A DNA stretch of 64,000 bases from the human T2T-CHM13v2.0 reference genome, Homo sapiens. Below, one piece after another: positions 25,501 to 40,500 of the stretch. The stretch lies in the NCBI RefSeq assembly GCF_009914755.1, contig NC_060939.1; one strand, given 5' to 3'. The position numbers and the translations under genes are program-made. The notes under the pieces are model-generated. The model was not told where the DNA came from and did not search any database. It saw only the letters and a program-made list of their open reading frames with translations. Every line of letters begins with the position of its first letter. Positions within the stretch are counted from its first letter, which is position 1.

Positions 25501-28500
25501 ATACATCACAAAGAAGATTCTGAGAATGCTTCTGTCTAGATTTTATATGAAAATATTCCCGTTTCCAACGAAATCCTCAAAGCTATCCAAATATCCACTT
25601 GCAAATGCCACAAAAAGAGTGTTTCCAAACTGCTCTGTGAAAAGGAAGGTTCAACTCTGTTAGTTGAGTACACACATCACAAAGAGGTTTCTGAGAATGC
25701 TGCTGACTAGTTTTTATTTGAAGATATTTCCCTTTTCACCTTAGGCCTAAGAGTGCTCGAAATGTCCATTTCCACATACTCCACAAAGTGTGTTTCAAAC
25801 GTGCTGTATGAAAGGGAATGTTCAACTCTATGAGTTGAATGCAAACATCACAAAGAAGATTCTGAGAATGCTTTTGTCTAGATTTTATATGAAGATATTC
25901 CCGTGTCCAACGAAATTTTCAAAGGTCTCCAAATATCCATTTGTAGATTCTACAAAAAGAGTGTTTCCAAACTGCTGTATCAAAACAAAGGTTGAACTCT
26001 GTGAGTTGAGGACACACATCACAAATAAGTTTCTGAGAATGCTTCTGTCTAGTTTTTATTTGAAGATGTTTCCTTTTTCACCATAGGCCTGAAAGCGCTC
26101 GAAATGTCCACTTCCAGATAGTACAGAAAGAGTGTTTCAAACCTGCTCTATGAACGGGAATGTTCAGCTCTGTGAGTTGAATGCAAACATCACAAAGCAG
26201 GTTCTGAGAATGCTTCCGTCTAGATTTTAAATGAGGATATTCCCGTTTCCAACGAAATCCTCGAAGCTATCCAAATATCCACTTGCAGATTCCACAAAAA
26301 GAGTGTTTCAAAACTGCTCTGTCAAAAGATAGGTTCAACTCTGTTAGTTGAGTACACACATGGCAAACAAGATTCCGAGAATGCTTTCGTCTAGTTTTTT
26401 TGGGAAGATATTTCCTTCTTCACCATAGGCCTCAAAGCGCTCCAAATATCCATTTCCACATGCTATACAAAGAGTGTCTCAAACCTGCTGTATGAATGGG
26501 AATGTTCAACTCTATGAGTTGAATGCAAACATCACAAAGAAGTTTCTGAGAATGCTGCTGTCTAGATTTTATATGAAGGTTTTCCCGCTTCCAACGAAAT
26601 TTTCAATGCTCTCAAAATATCCTCTTGTAGATTCTACAAAAAGAGTGTTTCCAAACTGCTGTATCAAAACAAAGGTTCATCTCTGTTAGTTGAGGACACA
26701 CATCACAAATAAGTTTCTGAGAATGCTTCTGTCTAGTTCTTATTTGAAGACATTTCCTTTCTCACCTTAGGCCTGAAAGCGCTCGAAATACCCACTTCCA
26801 GATACTACAGAAACAGTGATTCAAACCTGCTCTATGAAAGGGAATGTTCAACTAGGTGACTTGAATGCAAACATCACAAAGCAGTTTCTGAGAATGCTGC
26901 TGTCTACTTTCTATTTGTAATCCCGTTTCCAACGAAATCCTCAGAACTATCGAAATTTCCAATTGCAGATTCCACAGAAACAGGGTTTCAAAGCTGCTCT
27001 GTAAAAAGAAAGGTTCAACTCTGTTAGTTGAATACACACGTCACAAACAAGTTTCTGAGAATGCTTCTGTCTAGTTTTTATGGGAAGATATTTCCTTTTT
27101 CACCGTAGGCCTCAAAGCGCTCCAAATGTCCACTTCCACATACTACAAAAAGAGTGTTTCAAACCTGCTGTATGAAAGGGAATGTTCAACTCTATGAGTT
27201 GAATGCAAACATTACAAAGAAGTTTCTGAGAATGCTTCTGTCTAGATTTTATATGAAGGTTTTCCCGTTTCCAACGAAATTTTCAATGCTCTGAAAATAT
27301 CCACTTGTAGATTCTACAAAAAGAGTGTTTCCAAACTGCTGTGTCAAAAGAAAGGTTCAACTCTGTTAGTTGAGGACACACATCACAAATAAGTTTCTGA
27401 GAATGCTTCTGTCTAGTTCTTATTTGAAGACATTTCCTTTCTCACCTTAGGCCTGAAAACGCTCGAAATATCCACTTCCAGATACGACAGAAACAGTGAT
27501 TCAAACCTGCTCTATGAAAGGGAATGTTCAACTAGGTGACTTGAATGCAAACATCACAAAGCAGTTTCTGAGAATGCTGCTGTCTACTTTCTATTTGTAA
27601 TCCCGTTTCCAACGAAATCCTCAGAACTATCGAAATTTCCAATTGCAGATTCCACAAAAAGCGTGTTTCAAAGCTGCTCTGTAAAAAGAAAGGTTCAACT
27701 CTGTTAGTTGAATACACACGTCACAAACAAGTTTCTGAGAATGCTTCTGTCTAGTTTTTATGGGAAGATATTTCCTTTTTCACCGTAGGCCTCAAAGCGC
27801 TCCAAATGTCCACTTCCACATACTACAAAAAGAGTGTTTCAAACCTGCTCTATGATAGGGAATGTTGAAACCTATGAGTTGAATGCAAGCATTACAAAGA
27901 GGTTTCTGAGAATGCTTCTGTCTAGATTTTATATGTAGATATTCCCGTTTCCAACGAAATCCTCAAAGCTATCCAAATATCAACTTGCAGATTCTACAAA
28001 AGGAATGTTTCCAAAATGCTGTATCCAAACAAAGGTTCAACTCTGTGAATTGAGGGCATACATCACAAAGAAGATTCTGAGAATGCTTCTGTCTAGATTT
28101 TATATGAAAATATTCCCGTTTCCAACGAAATCCTCAAAGCTATCCAAATATCCACTTGCAAATGCCACAAAAAGAGTGTTTCCAAACTGCTCTGTGAAAA
28201 GGAAGGTTCAACTCTGTTAGTTGAGTACACACATCACAAAGAGGTTTCTGAGAATGCTGCTGACTAGTTTTTATTTGAAGATATTTCCCTTTTCACCTTA
28301 GGCCTAAGAGTGCTCGAAATGTCCATTTCCACATACTCCACAAAGTGTGTTTCAAACGTGCTGTATGAAAGGGAATGTTCAACTCTATGAGTTGAATGCA
28401 AACATCACAAAGAAGATTCTGAGAATGCTTTTGTCTAGATTTTATATGAAGATATTCCCGTGTCCAACGAAATTTTCAAAGGTCTCCAAATATCCATTTG

Positions 28501-31500
28501 TAGATTCTACAAAAAGAGTGTTTCCAAACTGCTGTATCAAAACAAAGGTTGAACTCTGTGAGTTGAGGACACACATCACAAATAAGTTTCTGAGAATGCT
28601 TCTGTCTAGTTTTTATTTGAAGATGTTTCCTTTTTCACCATAGGCCTGAAAGCGCTCGAAATGTCCACTTCCAGATAGTACAGAAAGAGTGTTTCAAACC
28701 TGCTCTATGAACGGGAATGTTCAGCTCTGTGAGTTGAATGCAAACATCACAAAGCAGGTTCTGAGAATGCTTCCGTCTAGATTTTAAATGAGGATATTCC
28801 CGTTTCCAACGAAATCCTCGAAGCTATCCAAATATCCACTTGCAGATTCCACAAAAAGAGTGTTTCAAAACTGCTCTGTCAAAAGATAGGTTCAACTCTG
28901 TTAGTTGAGTACACACATGGCAAACAAGATTGCGAGAATGCTTTCGTCTAGTTTTTTTGGGAAGATATTTCCTTCTTCACCATAGGCCTCAAAGCGCTCC
29001 AAATATCCATTTACACATGCTATACAAAGAGTGTCTCAAACCTGCTGTATGAATGGGAATGTTCAACTCTATGAGTTGAATGCAAACATCACAAAGAAGT
29101 TTCTGAGAATGCTTCTGTCTAGATTTTATATGAAGGTTTTCCCGCTTCCAACGAAATTTTCAATGCTCTCAAAATATCCTCTTGTAGATTCTACAAAAAG
29201 AGTGTTTCCAAACTGCTGTATCAAAACAAAGGTTCATCTCTGTTAGTTGAGGACACACATCACAAATAAGTTTCTGAGAATGCTTCTGTCTAGTTCTTAT
29301 TTGAAGACATTTCCTTTCTCACCTTAGGCCTGAAAGCGCTCGAAATACCCACTTCCAGATACTACAGAAACAGTGATTCAAACCTGCTCTATGAAAGGGA
29401 ATGTTCAACTAGGTGACTTGAATGCAAACATCACAAAGCAGTTTCTGAGAATGCTGCTGTCTACTTTCTATTTGTAATCCCGTTTCCAACGAAATCCTCA
29501 GAACTATCGAAATTTCCAATTGCAGATTCCACAGAAACAGGGTTTCAAAGCTGCTCTGTAAAAAGAAAGGTTCAACTCTGTTAGTTGAATACACACGTCA
29601 CAAACAAGTTTCTGAGAATGCTTCTGTCTAGTTTTTATGGGAAGATATTTCCTTTTTCACCGTAGGCCTCAAAGCGCTCCAAATGTCCACGTCCACATAC
29701 TACAAAAAGAGTGTTTCAAACCTGCTGTATGAAAGGGAATGTTCAACTCTATGAGTTGAATGCAAACATTACAAAGAAGTTTCTGAGAATGCTTCTGTCT
29801 AGATTTTATATGAAGGTTTTCCCGTTTCCAACGAAATTTTCAATGCTCTGAAAATATCCACTTGTAGATTCTACAAAAAGAGTGTTTCCAAACTGCTGTG
29901 TCAAAAGAAAGGTTCAACTCTGTTAGTTGAGGACACACATCACAAATAAGTTTCTGAGAATGCTTCTGTCTAGTTCTTATTTGAAGACATTTCCTTTCTC
30001 ACCTTAGGCCTGAAAACGCTCGAAATATCCACATCCAGATACGACAGAAACAGTGATTCAAACCTGCTCTATGAAAGGGAATGTTCAACTAGGTGACTTG
30101 AATGCAAACATCACAAAGCAGTTTCTGAGAATGCTGCTGTCTACTTTCTATTTGTAATCCCGTTTCCAACGAAATCCTCAGAACTATCGAAATTTCCAAT
30201 TGCAGATTCCACAAAAAGCGTGTTTCAAAGCTGCTCTGTAAAAAGAAAGGTTCAACTCTGTTAGTTGAATACACACGTCACAAACAAGTTTCTGAGAATG
30301 CTTCTGTCTAGTTTTTATGGGAAGATATTTCCTTTTTCACCGTAGGCCTCAAAGCGCTCCAAATGTCCACTTCCACATACTACAAAAAGAGTGTTTCAAA
30401 CCTGCTCTATGATAGGGAATGTTGAAACCTATGAGTTGAATGCAAGCATTACAAAGAGGTTTCTGAGAATGCTTCTGTCTAGATTTTATATGTAGATATT
30501 CCCGTTTCCAACGAAATCCTCAAAGCTATCCAAATATCAACTTGCAGATTCTACAAAAGGAATGTTTCCAAAATGCTGTATCCAAACAAAGGTTCAACTC
30601 TGTGAATTGAGGGCATACATCACAAAGAAGATTCTGAGAATGCTTCTGTCTAGATTTTATATGAAAATATTCCCGTTTCCAACGAAATCCTCAAAGCTAT
30701 CCAAATATCCACTTGCAAATGCCACAAAAAGAGTGTTTCCAAACTGCTCTGTGAAAAGGAAGGTTCAACTCTGTTAGTTGAGTACACACATCACAAAGAG
30801 GTTTCTGAGAATGCTGCTGACTAGTTTTTATTTGAAGATATTTCCCTTTTCACCTTAGGCCTAAGAGTGCTCGAAATGTCCATTTCCACATACTCCACAA
30901 AGTGTGTTTCAAACGTGCTGTATGAAAGGGAATGTTCAACTCTATGAGTTGAATGCAAACATCACAAAGAAGATTCTGAGAATGCTTTTGTCTAGATTTT
31001 ATATGAAGATATTCCCGTGTCCAACGAAATTTTCAAAGGTCTCCAAATATCCATTTGTAGATTCTACAAAAAGAGTGTTTCCAAACTGCTGTATCAAAAC
31101 AAAGGTTGAACTCTGTGAGTTGAGGACACACATCACAAATAAGTTTCTGAGAATGCTTCTGTCTAGTTTTTATTTGAAGATGTTTCCTTTTTCACCATAG
31201 GCCTGAAAGCGCTCGAAATGTCCACTTCCAGATAGTACAGAAAGAGTGTTTCAAACCTGCTCTATGAACGGGAATGTTCAGCTCTGTGAGTTGAATGCAA
31301 ACATCACAAAGCAGGTTCTGAGAATGCTTCCGTCTAGATTTTAAATGAGGATATTCCCGTTTCCAACGAAATCCTCGAAGCTATCCAAATATCCACTTGC
31401 AGATTCCACAAAAAGAGTGTTTCAAAACTGCTCTGTCAAAAGATAGGTTCAACTCTGTTAGTTGAGTACACACATGGCAAACAAGATTGCGAGAATGCTT

Positions 31501-34500
31501 TCGTCTAGTTTTTTTGGGAAGATATTTCCTTCTTCACCATAGGCCTCAAAGCGCTCCAAATATCCATTTCCACATGCTATACAAAGAGTGTCTCAAACCT
31601 GCTGTATGAATGGGAATGTTCAACTCTATGAGTTGAATGCAAACATCACAAAGAAGTTTCTGAGAATGCTGCTGTCTAGATTTTATATGAAGGTTTTCCC
31701 GCTTCCAACGAAATTTTCAATGCTCTCAAAATATCCTCTTGTAGATTCTACAAAAAGAGTGTTTCCAAACTGCTGTATCAAAACAAAGGTTCATCTCTGT
31801 TAGTTGAGGACACACATCACAAATAAGTTTCTGAGAATGCTTCTGTCTAGTTCTTATTTGAAGACATTTCCTTTCTCACCTTAGGCCTGAAAGCGCTCGA
31901 AATACCCACTTCCAGATACTACAGAAACAGTGATTCAAACCTGCTCTATGAAAGGGAATGTTCAACTAGGTGACTTGAATGCAAACATCACAAAGCAGTT
32001 TCTGAGAATGCTGCTGTCTACTTTCTATTTGTAATCCCGTTTCCAACGAAATCCTCAGAACTATCGAAATTTCCAATTGCAGATTCCACAGAAACAGGGT
32101 TTCAAAGCTGCTCTGTAAAAAGAAAGGTTCAACTCTGTTAGTTGAATACACACGTCACAAACAAGTTTCTGAGAATGCTTCTGTCTAGTTTTTATGGGAA
32201 GATATTTCCTTTTTCACCGTAGGCCTCAAAGCGCTCCAAATGTCCACTTCCACATACTACAAAAAGAGTGTTTCAAACCTGCTGTATGAAAGGGAATGTT
32301 CAACTCTATGAGTTGAATGCAAACATTACAAAGAAGTTTCTGAGAATGCTTCTGTCTAGATTTTATATGAAGGTTTTCCCGTTTCCAACGAAATTTTCAA
32401 TGCTCTCAAAATATCCACTTGTAGATTCTACAAAAAGAGTGTTTCCAAACTGCTGTGTCAAAAGAAAGGTTCAACTCTGTTAGTTGAGGACACACATCAC
32501 AAATAAGTTTCTGAGAATGCTTCTGTCTAGTTCTTATTTGAAGACATTTCCTTTCTCACCTTAGGCCTGAAAACGCTCGAAATATCCACTTCCAGATACG
32601 ACAGAAACAGTGATTCAAACCTGCTCTATGAAAGGGAATGTTCAACTAGGTGACTTGAATGCAAACATCACAAAGCAGTTTCTGAGAATGCTGCTGTCTA
32701 CTTTCTATTTGTAATCCCGTTTCCAACGAAATCCTCAGAACTATCGAAATTTCCAATTGCAGATTCCACAAAAAGCGTGTTTCAAAGCTGCTCTGTAAAA
32801 AGAAAGGTTCAACTCTGTTAGTTGAATACACACGTCACAAACAAGTTTCTGAGAATGCTTCTGTCTAGTTTTTATGGGAAGATATTTCCTTTTTCACCGT
32901 AGGCCTCAAAGCGCTCCAAATGTCCACTTCCACATACTACAAAAAGAGTGTTTCAAACCTGCTCTATGATAGGGAATGTTGAAACCTATGAGTTGAATGC
33001 AAGCATTACAAAGAGGTTTCTGAGAATGCTTCTGTCTAGATTTTATATGTAGATATTCCCGTTTCCAACGAAATCCTCAAAGCTATCCAAATATCAACTT
33101 GCAGATTCTACAAAAGGAATGTTTCCAAAATGCTGTATCCAAACAAAGGTTCAACTCTGTGAATTGAGGGCATACATCACAAAGAAGATTCTGAGAATGC
33201 TTCTGTCTAGATTTTATATGAAAATATTCCCGTTTCCAACGAAATCCTCAAAGCTATCCAAATATCCACTTGCAAATGCCACAAAAAGAGTGTTTCCAAA
33301 CTGCTCTGTGAAAAGGAAGGTTCAACTCTGTTAGTTGAGTACACACATCACAAAGAGGTTTCTGAGAATGCTGCTGACTAGTTTTTATTTGAAGATATTT
33401 CCCTTTTCACCTTAGGCCTAAGAGTGCTCGAAATGTCCATTTCCACATACTCCACAAAGTGTGTTTCAAACGTGCTGTATGAAAGGGAATGTTCAACTCT
33501 ATGAGTTGAATGCAAACATCACAAAGAAGATTCTGAGAATGCTTTTGTCTAGATTTTATATGAAGATATTCCCGTGTCCAACGAAATTTTCAAAGGTCTC
33601 CAAATATCCATTTGTAGATTCTACAAAAAGAGTGTTTCCAAACTGCTGTATCAAAACAAAGGTTGAACTCTGTGAGTTGAGGACACACATCACAAATAAG
33701 TTTCTGAGAATGCTTCTGTCTAGTTTTTATTTGAAGATGTTTCCTTTTTCACCATAGGCCTGAAAGCGCTCGAAATGTCCACTTCCAGATAGTACAGAAA
33801 GAGTGTTTCAAACCTGCTCTATGAACGGGAATGTTCAGCTCTGTGAGTTGAATGCAAACATCACAAAGCAGGTTCTGAGAATGCTTCCGTCTAGATTTTA
33901 AATGAGGATATTCCCGTTTCCAACGAAATCCTCGAAGCTATCCAAATATCCACTTGCAGATTCCACAAAAAGAGTGTTTCAAAACTGCTCTGTCAAAAGA
34001 TAGGTTCAACTCTGTTAGTTGAGTACACACATGGCAAACAAGATTGCGAGAATGCTTTCGTCTAGTTTTTTTGGGAAGATATTTCCTTCTTCACCATAGG
34101 CCTCAAAGCGCTCCAAATATCCATTTCCACATGCTATACAAAGAGTGTCTCAAACCTGCTGTATGAATGGGAATGTTCAACTCTATGAGTTGAATGCAAA
34201 CATCACAAAGAAGTTTCTGAGAATGCTGCTGTCTAGATTTTATATGAAGGTTTTCCCGCTTCCAACGAAATTTTCAATGCTCTCAAAATATCCTCTTGTA
34301 GATTCTACAAAAAGAGTGTTTCCAAACTGCTGTATCAAAACAAAGGTTCATCTCTGTTAGTTGAGGACACACATCACAAATAAGTTTCTGAGAATGCTTC
34401 TGTCTAGTTCTTATTTGAAGACATTTCCTTTCTCACCTTAGGCCTGAAAGCGCTCGAAATACCCACTTCCAGATACTACAGAAACAGTGATTCAAACCTG

Positions 34501-37500
34501 CTCTATGAAAGGGAATGTTCAACTAGGTGACTTGAATGCAAACATCACAAAGCAGTTTCTGAGAATGCTGCTGTCTACTTTCTATTTGTAATCCCGTTTC
34601 CAACGAAATCCTCAGAACTATCGAAATTTCCAATTGCAGATTCCACAGAAACAGGGTTTCAAAGCTGCTCTGTAAAAAGAAAGGTTCAACTCTGTTAGTT
34701 GAATACACACGTCACAAACAAGTTTCTGAGAATGCTTCTGTCTAGTTTTTATGGGAAGATATTTCCTTTTTCACCGTAGGCCTCAAAGCGCTCCAAATGT
34801 CCACGTCCACATACTACAAAAAGAGTGTTTCAAACCTGCTGTATGAAAGGGAATGTTCAACTCTATGAGTTGAATGCAAACATTACAAAGAAGTTTCTGA
34901 GAATGCTTCTGTCTAGATTTTATATGAAGGTTTTCCCGTTTCCAACGAAATTTTCAATGCTCTCAAAATATCCACTTGTAGATTCTACAAAAAGAGTGTT
35001 TCCAAACTGCTGTGTCAAAAGAAAGGTTCAACTCTGTTAGTTGAGGACACACATCACAAATAAGTTTCTGAGAATGCTTCTGTCTAGTTCTTATTTGAAG
35101 ACATTTCCTTTCTCACCTTAGGCCTGAAAACGCTCGAAATATCCACTTCCAGATACGACAGAAACAGTGATTCAAACCTGCTCTATGAAAGGGAATGTTC
35201 AACTAGGTGACTTGAATGCAAACATCACAAAGCAGTTTCTGAGAATGCTGCTGTCTACTTTCTATTTGTAATCCCGTTTCCAACGAAATCCTCAGAACTA
35301 TCGAAATTTCCAATTGCAGATTCCACAAAAAGCGTGTTTCAAAGCTGCTCTGTAAAAAGAAAGGTTCAACTCTGTTAGTTGAATACACACGTCACAAACA
35401 AGTTTCTGAGAATGCTTCTGTCTAGTTTTTATGGGAAGATATTTCCTTTTTCACCGTAGGCCTCAAAGCGCTCCAAATGTCCACTTCCACATACTACAAA
35501 AAGAGTGTTTCAAACCTGCTCTATGATAGGGAATGTTGAAACCTATGAGTTGAATGCAAGCATTACAAAGAGGTTTCTGAGAATGCTTCTGTCTAGATTT
35601 TATATGTAGATATTCCCGTTTCCAACGAAATCCTCAAAGCTATCCAAATATCAACTTGCAGATTCTACAAAAGGAATGTTTCCAAAATGCTGTATCCAAA
35701 CAAAGGTTCAACTCTGTGAATTGAGGGCATACATCACAAAGAAGATTCTGAGAATGCTTCTGTCTAGATTTTATATGAAAATATTCCCGTTTCCAACGAA
35801 ATCCTCAAAGCTATCCAAATATCCACTTGCAAATGCCACAAAAAGAGTGTTTCCAAACTGCTCTGTGAAAAGGAAGGTTCAACTCTGTTAGTTGAGTACA
35901 CACATCACAAAGAGGTTTCTGAGAATGCTGCTGACTAGTTTTTATTTGAAGATATTTCCCTTTTCACCTTAGGCCTAAGAGTGCTCGAAATGTCCATTTC
36001 CACATACTCCACAAAGTGTGTTTCAAACGTGCTGTATGAAAGGGAATGTTCAACTCTATGAGTTGAATGCAAACATCACAAAGAAGATTCTGAGAATGCT
36101 TTTGTCTAGATTTTATATGAAGATATTCCCGTGTCCAACGAAATTTTCAAAGGTCTCCAAATATCCATTTGTAGATTCTACAAAAAGAGTGTTTCCAAAC
36201 TGCTGTATCAAAACAAAGGTTGAACTCTGTGAGTTGAGGACACACATCACAAATAAGTTTCTGAGAATGCTTCTGTCTAGTTTTTATTTGAAGATGTTTC
36301 CTTTTTCACCATAGGCCTGAAAGCGCTCGAAATGTCCACTTCCAGATAGTACAGAAAGAGTGTTTCAAACCTGCTCTATGAACGGGAATGTTCAGCTCTG
36401 TGAGTTGAATGCAAACATCACAAAGCAGGTTCTGAGAATGCTTCCGTCTAGATTTTAAATGAGGATATTCCCGTTTCCAACGAAATCCTCGAAGCTATCC
36501 AAATATCCACTTGCAGATTCCACAAAAAGAGTGTTTCAAAACTGCTCTGTCAAAAGATAGGTTCAACTCTGTTAGTTGAGTACACACATGGCAAACAAGA
36601 TTGCGAGAATGCTTTCGTCTAGTTTTTTTGGGAAGATATTTCCTTCTTCACCATAGGCCTCAAAGCGCTCCAAATATCCATTTCCACATGCTATACAAAG
36701 AGTGTCTCAAACCTGCTGTATGAATGGGAATGTTCAACTCTATGAGTTGAATGCAAACATCACAAAGAAGTTTCTGAGAATGCTGCTGTCTAGATTTTAT
36801 ATGAAGGTTTTCCCGCTTCCAACGAAATTTTCAATGCTCTCAAAATATCCTCTTGTAGATTCTACAAAAAGAGTGTTTCCAAACTGCTGTATCAAAACAA
36901 AGGTTCATCTCTGTTAGTTGAGGACACACATCACAAATAAGTTTCTGAGAATGCTTCTGTCTAGTTCTTATTTGAAGACATTTCCTTTCTCACCTTAGGC
37001 CTGAAAGCGCTCGAAATACCCACTTCCAGATACTACAGAAACAGTGATTCAAACCTGCTCTATGAAAGGGAATGTTCAACTAGGTGACTTGAATGCAAAC
37101 ATCACAAAGCAGTTTCTGAGAATGCTGCTGTCTACTTTCTATTTGTAATCCCGTTTCCAACGAAATCCTCAGAACTATCGAAATTTCCAATTGCAGATTC
37201 CACAGAAACAGGGTTTCAAAGCTGCTCTGTAAAAAGAAAGGTTCAACTCTGTTAGTTGAATACACACGTCACAAACAAGTTTCTGAGAATGCTTCTGTCT
37301 AGTTTTTATGGGAAGATATTTCCTTTTTCACCGTAGGCCTCAAAGCGCTCCAAATGTCCACTTCCACATACTACAAAAAGAGTGTTTCAAACCTGCTGTA
37401 TGAAAGGGAATGTTCAACTCTATGAGTTGAATGCAAACATTACAAAGAAGTTTCTGAGAATGCTTCTGTCTAGATTTTATATGAAGGTTTTCCCGTTTCC

Positions 37501-40500
37501 AACGAAATTTTCAATGCTCTCAAAATATCCACTTGTAGATTCTACAAAAAGAGTGTTTCCAAACTGCTGTGTCAAAAGAAAGGTTCAACTCTGTTAGTTG
37601 AGGACACACATCACAAATAAGTTTCTGAGAATGCTTCTGTCTAGTTCTTATTTGAAGACATTTCCTTTCTCACCTTAGGCCTGAAAACGCTCGAAATATC
37701 CACTTCCAGATACGACAGAAACAGTGATTCAAACCTGCTCTATGAAAGGGAATGTTCAACTAGGTGACTTGAATGCAAACATCACAAAGCAGTTTCTGAG
37801 AATGCTGCTGTCTACTTTCTATTTGTAATCCCGTTTCCAACGAAATCCTCAGAACTATCGAAATTTCCAATTGCAGATTCCACAAAAAGCGTGTTTCAAA
37901 GCTGCTCTGTAAAAAGAAAGGTTCAACTCTGTTAGTTGAATACACACGTCACAAACAAGTTTCTGAGAATGCTTCTGTCTAGTTTTTATGGGAAGATATT
38001 TCCTTTTTCACCGTAGGCCTCAAAGCGCTCCAAATGTCCACTTCCACATACTACAAAAAGAGTGTTTCAAACCTGCTCTATGATAGGGAATGTTGAAACC
38101 TATGAGTTGAATGCAAGCATTACAAAGAGGTTTCTGAGAATGCTTCTGTCTAGATTTTATATGTAGATATTCCCGTTTCCAACGAAATCCTCAAAGCTAT
38201 CCAAATATCAACTTGCAGATTCTACAAAAGGAATGTTTCCAAAATGCTGTATCCAAACAAAGGTTCAACTCTGTGAATTGAGGGCATACATCACAAAGAA
38301 GATTCTGAGAATGCTTCTGTCTAGATTTTATATGAAAATATTCCCGTTTCCAACGAAATCCTCAAAGCTATCCAAATATCCACTTGCAAATGCCACAAAA
38401 AGAGTGTTTCCAAACTGCTCTGTGAAAAGGAAGGTTCAACTCTGTTAGTTGAGTACACACATCACAAAGAGGTTTCTGAGAATGCTGCTGACTAGTTTTT
38501 ATTTGAAGATATTTCCCTTTTCACCTTAGGCCTAAGAGTGCTCGAAATGTCCATTTCCACATACTCCACAAAGTGTGTTTCAAACGTGCTGTATGAAAGG
38601 GAATGTTCAACTCTATGAGTTGAATGCAAACATCACAAAGAAGATTCTGAGAATGCTTTTGTCTAGATTTTATATGAAGATATTCCCGTGTCCAACGAAA
38701 TTTTCAAAGGTCTCCAAATATCCATTTGTAGATTCTACAAAAAGAGTGTTTCCAAACTGCTGTATCAAAACAAAGGTTGAACTCTGTGAGTTGAGGACAC
38801 ACATCACAAATAAGTTTCTGAGAATGCTTCTGTCTAGTTTTTATTTGAAGATGTTTCCTTTTTCACCATAGGCCTGAAAGCGCTCGAAATGTCCACTTCC
38901 AGATAGTACAGAAAGAGTGTTTCAAACCTGCTCTATGAACGGGAATGTTCAGCTCTGTGAGTTGAATGCAAACATCACAAAGCAGGTTCTGAGAATGCTT
39001 CCGTCTAGATTTTAAATGAGGATATTCCCGTTTCCAACGAAATCCTCGAAGCTATCCAAATATCCACTTGCAGATTCCACAAAAAGAGTGTTTCAAAACT
39101 GCTCTGTCAAAAGATAGGTTCAACTCTGTTAGTTGAGTACACACATGGCAAACAAGATTGCGAGAATGCTTTCGTCTAGTTTTTTTGGGAAGATATTTCC
39201 TTCTTCACCATAGGCCTCAAAGCGCTCCAAATATCCATTTCCACATGCTATACAAAGAGTGTCTCAAACCTGCTGTATGAATGGGAATGTTCAACTCTAT
39301 GAGTTGAATGCAAACATCACAAAGAAGTTTCTGAGAATGCTGCTGTCTAGATTTTATATGAAGGTTTTCCCGCTTCCAACGAAATTTTCAATGCTCTCAA
39401 AATATCCTCTTGTAGATTCTACAAAAAGAGTGTTTCCAAACTGCTGTATCAAAACAAAGGTTCATCTCTGTTAGTTGAGGACACACATCACAAATAAGTT
39501 TCTGAGAATGCTTCTGTCTAGTTCTTATTTGAAGACATTTCCTTTCTCACCTTAGGCCTGAAAGCGCTCGAAATACCCACTTCCAGATACTACAGAAACA
39601 GTGATTCAAACCTGCTCTATGAAAGGGAATGTTCAACTAGGTGACTTGAATGCAAACATCACAAAGCAGTTTCTGAGAATGCTGCTGTCTACTTTCTATT
39701 TGTAATCCCGTTTCCAACGAAATCCTCAGAACTATCGAAATTTCCAATTGCAGATTCCACAGAAACAGGGTTTCAAAGCTGCTCTGTAAAAAGAAAGGTT
39801 CAACTCTGTTAGTTGAATACACACGTCACAAACAAGTTTCTGAGAATGCTTCTGTCTAGTTTTTATGGGAAGATATTTCCTTTTTCACCGTAGGCCTCAA
39901 AGCGCTCCAAATGTCCACGTCCACATACTACAAAAAGAGTGTTTCAAACCTGCTGTATGAAAGGGAATGTTCAACTCTATGAGTTGAATGCAAACATTAC
40001 AAAGAAGTTTCTGAGAATGCTTCTGTCTAGATTTTATATGAAGGTTTTCCCGTTTCCAACGAAATTTTCAATGCTCTCAAAATATCCACTTGTAGATTCT
40101 ACAAAAAGAGTGTTTCCAAACTGCTGTGTCAAAAGAAAGGTTCAACTCTGTTAGTTGAGGACACACATCACAAATAAGTTTCTGAGAATGCTTCTGTCTA
40201 GTTCTTATTTGAAGACATTTCCTTTCTCACCTTAGGCCTGAAAACGCTCGAAATATCCACTTCCAGATACGACAGAAACAGTGATTCAAACCTGCTCTAT
40301 GAAAGGGAATGTTCAACTAGGTGACTTGAATGCAAACATCACAAAGCAGTTTCTGAGAATGCTGCTGTCTACTTTCTATTTGTAATCCCGTTTCCAACGA
40401 AATCCTCAGAACTATCGAAATTTCCAATTGCAGATTCCACAAAAAGCGTGTTTCAAAGCTGCTCTGTAAAAAGAAAGGTTCAACTCTGTTAGTTGAATAC

